Part shown: positions 40,431 through 47,980 of the stretch, in pieces
How the letters are laid out: each line of letters starts with the position of its first letter
Position numbering within the stretch: the first letter of the stretch is position 1
Assembly: GCA_001776775.1 (NCBI GenBank)
Contig: MFDD01000002.1
Span: 169,834-233,833, forward strand
DNA length: 64,000 bases
Direction: 5' to 3'
Origin: Candidatus Daviesbacteria bacterium RIFCSPHIGHO2_02_FULL_43_12
GTDB taxonomy: Bacteria; Patescibacteriota; Microgenomatia; Daviesbacterales; UBA10151
Position numbers and translations under genes: made by a program
Notes under the pieces: generated by a model
Told to the model about the DNA's origin: nothing
Seen by the model: only the letters and a program-made list of their open reading frames with translations
Databases searched by the model: none

Positions 40431-40828
40431 TAATCAGCTTTTATTTTTATCAATTCTTCTTCCCAGCGCTTTTTACTCCAAATTTCAAAATGGTCTCCAG
40501 CCCCAATTATCCAGACTTCCCCCCTAAGATCGCACTTATCGACACATTCCTGAGGCAGGATAAATCTCCCCTGTCTGTCCAAAAAACACTCATCAGCCTG
40601 AGAGAAAAAACTCCTGCGGTCTCTCCCACCAGCCTCCAGAGATAATGGTTTTTCGAGAATACTTTCTACCAACTTTGCCCAGTTATCTTTATCTAATCCC
40701 CATACTTCACCATCTCGACCCAATATTATGTAAAATTTGTCCTCATTTCCCAACTCTCTGCGTATCTTCTTTGGTAGCATTAACCTATTTTTACCACTAA
40801 AGTATGTTGTATATTTGCCCAAAAACAT
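40430..40828 (-). CDS. mraZ: Transcriptional regulator MraZ
   Basis: MFLGKY, NRLMLP, DRQGRFILP, GAGDHFEIW; head of the dcw cluster. Confidence 0.92.
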   Translation of the reverse strand: MFLGKYTTYFSGKNRLMLPKKIRRELGNEDKFYIILGRDGEVWGLDKDNWAKLVESILEKPLSLEAGGRDRRSFFSQADECFLDRQGRFILPQECVDKCDLRGEVWIIGAGDHFEIWSKKRWEEELIKIKAD

Positions 40829-40887
40829 AATGTTTGGGCAGATTCACCATCTTTATTCATTCTGCTCCATTTATACCAAGCTGTCAA
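40816..40887 (-). promoter_or_regulatory. dcw promoter region with three 10-nt-spaced MraZ-box-like repeats and a hairpin over the mraZ start codon
   Basis: TTGACA at 40887-40882; minus strand ATGGA/ATGAA/ATGGT at 10-nt period (40841-40870); TGCCCAAA-CATTATGTT-TTTGGGCA inverted repeat. Confidence 0.55.
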
Positions 40888-40986
40888 TAGTTCGACTTCG
40901 CTCACTATAGAAAATTAATTCAGAGTTAAGAGGAATAACCGAAGTGAAAGCACTTATTGGACAAAAGCGTACAGCGAGGGAAGGGA

Positions 40987-41178
40987 TTATTTTCCAAGAA
41001 TTTTATTGACCACAGCAGCAGTAGGCGCCCCTTTTCCAGAGGCCTCTGGGGATTTTTGATCCGAGATAGGGATCGCATTCGCGACTGCGATTCCGGTACC
41101 GACAACGGTAAGGGCCTTAAAGGTTTTTCTGAATAGGTCTCTCTTTGTTTGTAACCCACCTTCTCCTGATTCAGACAT
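40987..41178 (-). CDS. 63-aa small protein with one hydrophobic segment
   Basis: TTGCAA-17 bp-TATAGT promoter ending 6 nt before the ATG; TKRDLFRK then a hydrophobic helix. Confidence 0.55.
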   Translation of the reverse strand: MSESGEGGLQTKRDLFRKTFKALTVVGTGIAVANAIPISDQKSPEASGKGAPTAAVVNKILGK

Positions 41179-41232
41179 AGATAAACTATATACAGACTGT
41201 TAGCAGATTGCAAGTATCTTTTTAGAAAAGGT

Positions 41233-42117
41233 CTATTTAGGAGAGTTAGCAAAAACGGTAAAAAGGCCTGCACTGTCAGCCTGAGCGGTCAGATTGCTGC
41301 CGGTAATCTTGGTCTCTAATATCTTCCAATTATTATCCTTTTCGATATATTGTCCAATTTGGGCATCAGTTGGTGGATTCTGCGCTAGTTCTATGGTCAC
41401 GCTCCCCGGTGGAAATTGTTTGGCAGTAGGCACATTAAAGGCATAAACTTTACCCAAGATCTGTTTGCCTTCCGGGATTTTTGGTGTCCCGGACAGATCA
41501 TTTACCAAAGTAAGTCCCACAATATTTAAATCTTGCCTAGAGGCTAGAGTTTTAAAACTAAAATGACTATCAGCAGAAGTTATCAACCCCAAGGCTACGT
41601 CCGGCTTTTGCATATGCCAGGTAGTATTAATCTTATAAACTTTAACTACCTTGTCCCCTGGTTTTGGCTTCTGCTTGATACGAAGAAGCAGAGTTCCATT
41701 CTCTACATTCAAATCAAAAACACAGTGCAATGGGTCTGAGGTGTCTCCCTTAGAACAGGTCCCAAAAAGGATCTCCTGGGTATATTCGCTCTTTTTATTC
41801 TGCATATCCAATGTGCCCGTTACCCCTCTATCGACCATCTCTTTGTCTTCGGTCTGGGATTGGTAGGCCAGTTCATAAGATATACCGTCATAATCGGACA
41901 CTCTTTTTATATTCAAAGATAGGGCATTACCGTCGCGGCGAGGAGATAAAAGGGCGTAGGGACCGTCCGCATTAAAGGGCAAATCAACCTCTTCTTCCGG
42001 GAGGACTACTTTTCTCTGGGAAAAAGCTTTCAGACCTACTCCAGTCAATATCACAAGTATAATAATTCCGGCAACAAGTAGGATTGTAGTCTTTTGGGCA
42101 AGCAAGCGTTTTAGCAT
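41233..42117 (-). CDS. Hypothetical membrane-anchored exported protein
   Basis: 294 aa, N-terminal TM, FGTCS...C motif; starts 2 nt after the glyQS stop. Confidence 0.75.
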   Translation of the reverse strand: MLKRLLAQKTTILLVAGIIILVILTGVGLKAFSQRKVVLPEEEVDLPFNADGPYALLSPRRDGNALSLNIKRVSDYDGISYELAYQSQTEDKEMVDRGVTGTLDMQNKKSEYTQEILFGTCSKGDTSDPLHCVFDLNVENGTLLLRIKQKPKPGDKVVKVYKINTTWHMQKPDVALGLITSADSHFSFKTLASRQDLNIVGLTLVNDLSGTPKIPEGKQILGKVYAFNVPTAKQFPPGSVTIELAQNPPTDAQIGQYIEKDNNWKILETKITGSNLTAQADSAGLFTVFANSPK

Positions 42118-42118
42118 A

Positions 42119-43444
42119 TTAGAATATTTTGGTCAGGAGGTAATTATCCAAATCCGAGATCTTTATTCTCTCTTGAGTGGCACTATCTCGATCCCTGACC
42201 GTGACACTTTCATCTTTCAGTGTATCAAAATCAACGGTAATACAAAAGGGAGTACCTGCCTCGTCTTGTGAGGCGTAGCGTTTTCCAATATTTCCCCGGT
42301 CATCCCAGGCGACCATCATCTTAACTTTAAGGGATTCGTAAATACCTCTCGCCTTCTCTACTAGCTCAGGTTTATTGGCCAGGAGCGGGAATACGGCAGC
42401 CTTAAACGGGGCAATTTTGGGTGAAAGTTTCATCACCACCCGTCCGTCTTCGGTTTCGAAGTAAGCGTCAATCAGTAAAAAGAGCACTGACCTATCCACT
42501 CCTGCCGAAGTTTCAATATCCCAGGGAATATAACTTTCACTCGTAAACGGATCCCTAAAACTCATATCTTGACCAGAGTATTTTTGATGACGAGACAAAT
42601 CCCAATCCCCACGATGGTGAATACCCATAAATTCAGACCAACCAAAAGGAGCATTATATTCTATATCTGTCGCGGCTTTAGCATAATGTGCTCTTTCGTC
42701 AGGTGCATGATCCCGAAAACGTAAATTATCCTTATTTATTCCCAGAGATAAATAGAAATCCATCCTATTTTGCTTCCAATATTCAAACCATTTCTCCCCC
42801 TCTTTCTCCTCGGGCTTGATATAAAACTGGACTTCCATCTGTTCAAACTCACGAGACCTGAAGGTAAAATTTCCTGGAGTAATCTCATTGCGAAAAGCTT
42901 TTCCGACCTGGGCTATTCCAAAAGGGATCCTGACCCTAGTTGAATCGATCACATTTCGAAAATTTACATGAACCCCGTTGGTGATCTCTCCCCGCAAAAA
43001 TATTTCCGATTGCTTACCTTCGATTACCCCCAAATAGGCTTTAACCAATAGATTAAACTGCTGAGGCTCGGTCCACTCTACCTTTTTTCCATTGTGCGAT
43101 AATTCATGGTCTTTGATCTCGTCTTGTTTGTCTGCTCGAAGCCTGGAGTGGCATATTTTGCACTCTACTAACGGATCTGTAAAAGCCTCGACATGTCCCG
43201 AGGCTTCCCACGCTTTAGGGTTCATCATGATGGCTGCATCAACCCCAACGATATCCGAGCGTAGCTGGACCATCTCTTTCCACCATATATCTTTTAAGTT
43301 TTTTTTAAGCAAAACCCCCAGTGGACCATAATCCCAGGTTCCTCCCAATCCTCCATAAATTTCCGATCCAGGAAAAATAAACCCCCGTCTTTTACAAAGG
43401 GCTACTATTTTCTCCATTAAATTTTGCTGAGTGTTTGTATTCAT
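42119..43444 (-). CDS. glyQS: Glycine--tRNA ligase (alpha2/eukaryote-type)
   Basis: LCKRRGF..SEIYGG, DYGPLG, FRNEITP..F.FRSREFEQME, GNIGKRY..QDE.GTPFC.TVD. Confidence 0.96.
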   Translation of the reverse strand: MNTNTQQNLMEKIVALCKRRGFIFPGSEIYGGLGGTWDYGPLGVLLKKNLKDIWWKEMVQLRSDIVGVDAAIMMNPKAWEASGHVEAFTDPLVECKICHSRLRADKQDEIKDHELSHNGKKVEWTEPQQFNLLVKAYLGVIEGKQSEIFLRGEITNGVHVNFRNVIDSTRVRIPFGIAQVGKAFRNEITPGNFTFRSREFEQMEVQFYIKPEEKEGEKWFEYWKQNRMDFYLSLGINKDNLRFRDHAPDERAHYAKAATDIEYNAPFGWSEFMGIHHRGDWDLSRHQKYSGQDMSFRDPFTSESYIPWDIETSAGVDRSVLFLLIDAYFETEDGRVVMKLSPKIAPFKAAVFPLLANKPELVEKARGIYESLKVKMMVAWDDRGNIGKRYASQDEAGTPFCITVDFDTLKDESVTVRDRDSATQERIKISDLDNYLLTKIF

Positions 43445-43510
43445 TTTTTTCTTATACTACATACTATATACCAAATACCTTCACAGCACACCTCCTAGAA
43501 AGGCGCTGCT

Positions 43511-43729
43511 TTACTTACTCTGCTCTTTTTGCGCCTTTCTTAAGTTCGCAATATGTTCCCGAAAGCAGGTAGCCCACTGTATCTTTGGTTCAACACAATG
43601 TATACGTTCTCCGCGCTTTACTTGCGCCGCCTCATATGCTGCTGCCCTTAATAAACTAAATCCCAAAAACTGACAGCTAGCCGTAAAGGCAATAAAAGTT
43701 ACCCTATCTCTCATCTTCCCTCGCTCCAT
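43511..43729 (-). CDS. 72-aa ORF of unknown function inside the glyQS leader
   Basis: Strong SD AAAGGAGGTG before the ATG at 43729: MERGKMRDRVTFIAF...KEQSK. Confidence 0.6.
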   Translation of the reverse strand: MERGKMRDRVTFIAFTASCQFLGFSLLRAAAYEAAQVKRGERIHCVEPKIQWATCFREHIANLRKAQKEQSK

Positions 43730-43878
43730 CCTAAACACCTCCTTTCTGCATTAAAAAATGCATACGGGACGAAGGTATCTAGGATACTCCGCGGTTCCAC
43801 GCCGTTTCCCCTCAACAACCATTAGGGCACTTTTGCGGCTTTGAAACTCCAGCTTGCCAAAGACTTTCAGCGTTTCAT
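43727..43878 (-). ncRNA. Glycine T-box riboswitch 2 (translational/sequestrator type)
   Basis: Short Stem I with GGC (43858-43856); CGGCG-TGGAACC-GCG...CGTCCCG antiterminator-like helix; TATCCTAGATACCTTC complementary to GGAGGTGTTTAGGATG. Confidence 0.8.
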
Positions 43879-43908
43879 TAAGCCAGGAGGTTTTGTGAAT
43901 TTTTCCAT

Positions 43909-43942
43909 AAAAAAACTCGTCTCCTATAATGAGGGACGAGTT
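43909..43942 (-). terminator. Intrinsic terminator of T-box 1
   Basis: AACTCGTCCCT-CATTAT-AGGAGACGAGTT hairpin with a T7 run; overlaps the antiterminator 3' strand. Confidence 0.85.
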
Positions 43943-44050
43943 ACACCCGCGGTTCCACCCTTATTGTTTAACTGAGCAAAGCTTTAAGTTAAACCTCCTT
44001 AATTTATTTCCCAGCTCCAGCTTGCCAAAGACTTTCATAGCCAGAAATAT
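43909..44050 (-). ncRNA. Glycine T-box riboswitch 1 (transcription attenuation type)
   Basis: Short Stem I with GGC (44026-44024), Stem III GTTTAACT/AGTTAAAC, T-box AAGGGTGGAACCGCG, followed by a terminator. Confidence 0.88.
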
Positions 44051-44064
44051 TTAGTTGTAGACAA

Positions 44065-44093
44065 ATTATAGACAGATGAGTAATGCATGTCAA
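44065..44093 (-). promoter_or_regulatory. Consensus sigma70 promoter of the glyQS leader
   Basis: TTGACA (44093-44088), 17 bp, TATAAT (44070-44065). Confidence 0.9.
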
Positions 44094-44113
44094 ATACTAT
44101 GAAAAAATAATTC

Positions 44114-44740
44114 TTAACGATGCGACAGAGCTACCTTAATACCAAGTCCAATTAACACAACTCCAATAAATTTTTCCGAGAAATGCTGAATTTTATTCAC
44201 TCGGCTTTTAATAAAATGATGAGATACCAGAAACGCGACCATCATAAACCAGAGGCTCGTTACAACGGTCATTTCAATACCCATAATTAATTTTACAAAA
44301 AGAGGGGTAGATGGATCGATAACTAGGGTAAAGAGACTTAAGAAAAAAAGAGTCGCCTTGGGATTTGTGACATTAGTCAAAAAGCCCATGCGTATCGCTG
44401 AAGTTTTAGAAATTTCTCTTCTATGCTCTGCACCTGCGAGCTCAAGTTTAGATGATTGCGAGAGTAGCGACATTACCCCGATATAAATTAGATACCCAGC
44501 TCCTAGAAATTTTATTAAATTAAAAAGTAAGATTGATTTAGCTATTACAAAACCGATACCAACAAAAGAGTAGGTAATATGAACCAATATTCCCAAACCC
44601 AGACCCAAAGCTGAATACATACCCGTCCTTCTGGAATACATCAGACTATTTCGAGTGATTAAAATAAAATCTGGCCCCGGGCTAATTACTGCTAATAAAT
44701 GAACTAGGGCAACAGTCAGAATAATTGGAACATACTGCAT
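44114..44740 (-). CDS. LysE/RhtB family transporter
   Basis: SPGPD, GAGYLIYIG, GFLTNVTNPKA motifs. Confidence 0.92.
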   Translation of the reverse strand: MQYVPIILTVALVHLLAVISPGPDFILITRNSLMYSRRTGMYSALGLGLGILVHITYSFVGIGFVIAKSILLFNLIKFLGAGYLIYIGVMSLLSQSSKLELAGAEHRREISKTSAIRMGFLTNVTNPKATLFFLSLFTLVIDPSTPLFVKLIMGIEMTVVTSLWFMMVAFLVSHHFIKSRVNKIQHFSEKFIGVVLIGLGIKVALSHR

Positions 44741-44771
44741 ATGGTTATCTTATCACATCTTAAAATTGATG

Positions 44772-45410
44772 TTATTTTCGCAGTTGTCTCATTACTTGAA
44801 TACTTTTTAAATTTGCTTCCAAGACTCTTTCGATATATTGTCTCAGAATATTCTCCAGAAACAAGGCCTCTTCTTCACTCAATGAAATTTCGTTAATTTG
44901 ATTCCAAGATAAGTGTTCTAATTGTTCTAGTAATTTGATCATTTCTTTCGGAAGATGTGGCAGGGCATTTATTGACCAAAACCCACTAACACTTAGTAAT
45001 TTCACTTCAAAAGCCCGCAAAAAAATCTGTCGGGGGTTTTTTTCTAATAGCTCCAGGATAGCTACAACCAAGGAATAAACCAGGGGGTTAAACTGATCTT
45101 CTGCTACCATTCTATCGACCAGTTCAAGGACGTGGAAAGCAGTCGTTGCCAGAGTCAAATTTTCTTTAATCTGCGGATAAACCTGGATCGCTTCGGCCTC
45201 TTGAAGATTGAAACTTTTAGCTTTAAAAAGATGTAGTTTGACCCGATTTAATACCTCAATATTTCCGGCTCTTCTGGAGGTTATTCGCCTGACCCCTTTG
45301 GCGACCACCGAGATCTTGCCGTACTGTTTGGTGATTATAGTAACCACCCTATCTGCCTCGCCAAAATTCTTTCTTTTTAAAATAACCCCTTCGGTGGTAA
45401 TCGATCCCAT
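44772..45410 (-). CDS. recO: DNA repair protein RecO
   Basis: GVILKRKNFGEADR, GKISVVAKGVRR..SR, FEVKLL..SG; no Zn finger. Confidence 0.9.
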   Translation of the reverse strand: MGSITTEGVILKRKNFGEADRVVTIITKQYGKISVVAKGVRRITSRRAGNIEVLNRVKLHLFKAKSFNLQEAEAIQVYPQIKENLTLATTAFHVLELVDRMVAEDQFNPLVYSLVVAILELLEKNPRQIFLRAFEVKLLSVSGFWSINALPHLPKEMIKLLEQLEHLSWNQINEISLSEEEALFLENILRQYIERVLEANLKSIQVMRQLRK

Positions 45411-45411
45411 G

Positions 45412-47307
45412 TTACAAAGGAAGCTTCAGATCCATATCGGAAGAAAGTTCAAAGTTTGCTTTTTCTTTACCATTAATCTTCACTACATACTTATAATCAT
45501 GGGTTCCTGGCTGTTTCTGGATCAAAAGGGGATAATCCCTACCCAAAGCTCCCTTAGGGGTTGTGTATTCAAAAGTCAAAGTTAACGAATTCTGAGGACG
45601 GATCTGAATAAAAGCCTCAAAGACAGTTTTACCTAAGTCGTCTTCAATGGTTGTTACTTTCTCTTCCGACCCCTTTGACAGAGACAACCTGGCCCCTTTT
45701 GGTACATAAACCCGAACATAATCTCTATTAATACCATTTAACCAAGTTTTATACGGCTCCGGATTTTTGTAGTTTAAAGTCAACTTATGTTTGATATCCG
45801 CCCCATTAGTGTCAATCTCCAGCAGACCATCGACTGTTACATAGATATTTGATTTTCCACCGGCAAAGTTAGAGTCATTGACATGTAGATAGTCGCGGTC
45901 TGTTTGTTTTATCTCCCCAGTCCAATTCAATGCCGAGAGTGCTTGTTGGGTAGGAGAGTCGTGCATATAAAACATGATATGTTTAGCATTGGCCAGCTTT
46001 ACTCCGGCATTAATAAATTCCGGGAGTTTGTCTGTACTAGCTCCCAATGATCGCGCCAAGATCTGCTGCATCAATGTGCCAAGTATGGCTTTGCGATCCG
46101 CCTCACCCTTCTCAATAATCTGGGCATAATTTTCTAACTCATATATGACGTTTGGACAGTTACATCTTTTATCAGTCTCAGCGCTATAAGTAGTGCCAAA
46201 CACATCAATTGGTCCGGTAATCCTAATCAGCTCTTCTACAACTTGTGTATCAATTGTAATAATGCCATCAAACGGATCCTCCTTTAAAAAGCTATACATC
46301 TTTTCAAATGTTTTTAGAGAAGTCTGCAGGTCAGGAGAGAGATTAGAGTCTCTCATGGACCAGGCAGTTCGAGCTTTCCCATTTTCCTCAGGTAAATATT
46401 TGACGATTGGTGCAGGAGGTGTCAGGGGGCAAATCACGTTTAAACATACTTTAAGCAATCTTTCGTCAAGTCGATAAATATCATCTGATTTACTCGAGGA
46501 GATTCGACCTTTATCAAGACTCATAAAAGCATATGCGGTCATAAATCCTCCTGTGGCGCGTAACTCTTTATCATTTTGAAAGATAATTAAATAATTCTTT
46601 GGACTTGGTTCTCCAAGGGCGGACGGGGCAATTTTAAGAGCTGGCCTAGCCTTCGTCACCACATAGTTTGCCCCAATAATCAGATTTTTAATAATCTCCA
46701 CCCGAGATCTGACAGCTGTGTGTCCTAAACTTGCAGGGTATTTAGCAACATCTATATGTTCAACCTCAACGGATGCTTTGGCTAACTGAGGCTCGATTGA
46801 ATCTAAGTTAGGAATAGCTTTATCTAATATTTTAATAGCTTGGGTAATGCGGTCTTGTCCGGGGGTCGGATGTCCAGTTAAACCCAATTCTGTTTTATAT
46901 GGATCTAACCAGTCAGTAATAGTCAGAGCGGCTTGAATTTCATTACCGGCTGCCGAGGCGAAATGGTTTGCATCGGCATAATAATCACCAACAAAAGGGA
47001 GGACTCTAACCCAAAACAAAAAAGACAAAGAGGTCTTTAGTTGACCTATATTAGAATGAATCACTTTTAAATCACTGCGAATGCCGTCTAAGTCCTCATT
47101 TTTCACTGCTACAGACAAAGCTTTGCCGTTAACCATCAGCTTACGCACTGCACTATAAACCCCGCGGATCGGCAGATAGATGGTCAGGGTTGCGACAATC
47201 AAAACTATTAATACTCGAAAGAAAAGTTTACGTTTACTTTTCTTTTTCTCCTGGCGCTCCCTTTTATCGAGTCGCTGTAGTTTAGAGTTTAAATTTTGGA
47301 ATTTCAC
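45412..47307 (-). CDS. DUF4012-like membrane-anchored protein
   Basis: YLIIFQNDKELRATGGF, RDSNLSPD, YVRVYVPKG, QKQPG; likely GTG start at 47307 overlapping the upstream stop. Confidence 0.75.
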   Translation of the reverse strand: MKFQNLNSKLQRLDKRERQEKKKSKRKLFFRVLIVLIVATLTIYLPIRGVYSAVRKLMVNGKALSVAVKNEDLDGIRSDLKVIHSNIGQLKTSLSFLFWVRVLPFVGDYYADANHFASAAGNEIQAALTITDWLDPYKTELGLTGHPTPGQDRITQAIKILDKAIPNLDSIEPQLAKASVEVEHIDVAKYPASLGHTAVRSRVEIIKNLIIGANYVVTKARPALKIAPSALGEPSPKNYLIIFQNDKELRATGGFMTAYAFMSLDKGRISSSKSDDIYRLDERLLKVCLNVICPLTPPAPIVKYLPEENGKARTAWSMRDSNLSPDLQTSLKTFEKMYSFLKEDPFDGIITIDTQVVEELIRITGPIDVFGTTYSAETDKRCNCPNVIYELENYAQIIEKGEADRKAILGTLMQQILARSLGASTDKLPEFINAGVKLANAKHIMFYMHDSPTQQALSALNWTGEIKQTDRDYLHVNDSNFAGGKSNIYVTVDGLLEIDTNGADIKHKLTLNYKNPEPYKTWLNGINRDYVRVYVPKGARLSLSKGSEEKVTTIEDDLGKTVFEAFIQIRPQNSLTLTFEYTTPKGALGRDYPLLIQKQPGTHDYKYVVKINGKEKANFELSSDMDLKLPL

Positions 47308-47963
47308 TAGACAGCTCCTCTCGTGGTTAAAACCGCGGGAATAGTCTTGATGATTATCCACAGGTCATAAAGGATCGATCTTCTCTGCGCATATTGAGCG
47401 TCCATTTCGACGCGTTTATCAAAATTGATATTAGACCTGCCAGAGACCTGCCAAAGACCGGTAATCCCTGGTTTAGACGATAAAATAATCTTGACATATT
47501 CTCTTGACTCAGGGAATTTCTTTTGCTGCTCTTCTAGTTCAAAATCATAATACGCCCGATGTCCAACAAAACTCATGTCTCCTTTGATTACATTAATAAA
47601 CTGCGGCAGTTCATCTAAGGAGGTCTTCCTTAGAAACCTGCCGATATGTGTCACCCTTGGATCCTCATTTATTTTATAACTATTTCTCTGATATTCTTCG
47701 AGTAATGTTTTAAATTTGGGATCATTATGTAAAAGATCATGGGCACCTGCTACCATTGACCTAAATTTGTACATTTTAAAAAGTTTCCCGTTTTTACCTA
47801 CCCTTGGTGGAATATCCGCAATGACTGGACCTTTAGAGTCTAATTTAATCAAAAAAGCAATTACTACAAAGACCGGGGAAAGCAATATCAAAGCTGATAG
47901 GGCAATGGCGATATCCAAAAGTCTTTTTAAAAACGAGTAAACCATATTCGTGAGTGCTCTCAT
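47307..47963 (-). CDS. Sugar transferase (polyprenyl-phosphate glycosylphosphotransferase)
   Basis: KRLLDI, KFRSM, DPRVT.IGRFLRKTSLDELPQ, KPGITGLWQVSGR. Confidence 0.93.
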   Translation of the reverse strand: MRALTNMVYSFLKRLLDIAIALSALILLSPVFVVIAFLIKLDSKGPVIADIPPRVGKNGKLFKMYKFRSMVAGAHDLLHNDPKFKTLLEEYQRNSYKINEDPRVTHIGRFLRKTSLDELPQFINVIKGDMSFVGHRAYYDFELEEQQKKFPESREYVKIILSSKPGITGLWQVSGRSNINFDKRVEMDAQYAQRRSILYDLWIIIKTIPAVLTTRGAV

Positions 47964-47980
47964 TATAACTACAAAGTTGG

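Noticed and set aside
40926-41273. 115-aa minus-strand ORF
   Set aside because: Overlaps the upstream gene and has no initiation signal; the nested 63-aa frame has promoter support
43867-43908. Short ORF MEKFTKPPGLMKR between the two T-boxes as a leader peptide
   Set aside because: No RBS, one Gly codon only, begins immediately after the terminator U-tract; probably chance
43847-44037. Identical 23-nt direct repeat as a mini-CRISPR or att pair
   Set aside because: Only two copies, a 145-nt gap and no cas or integrase; both are explained as T-box Stem I
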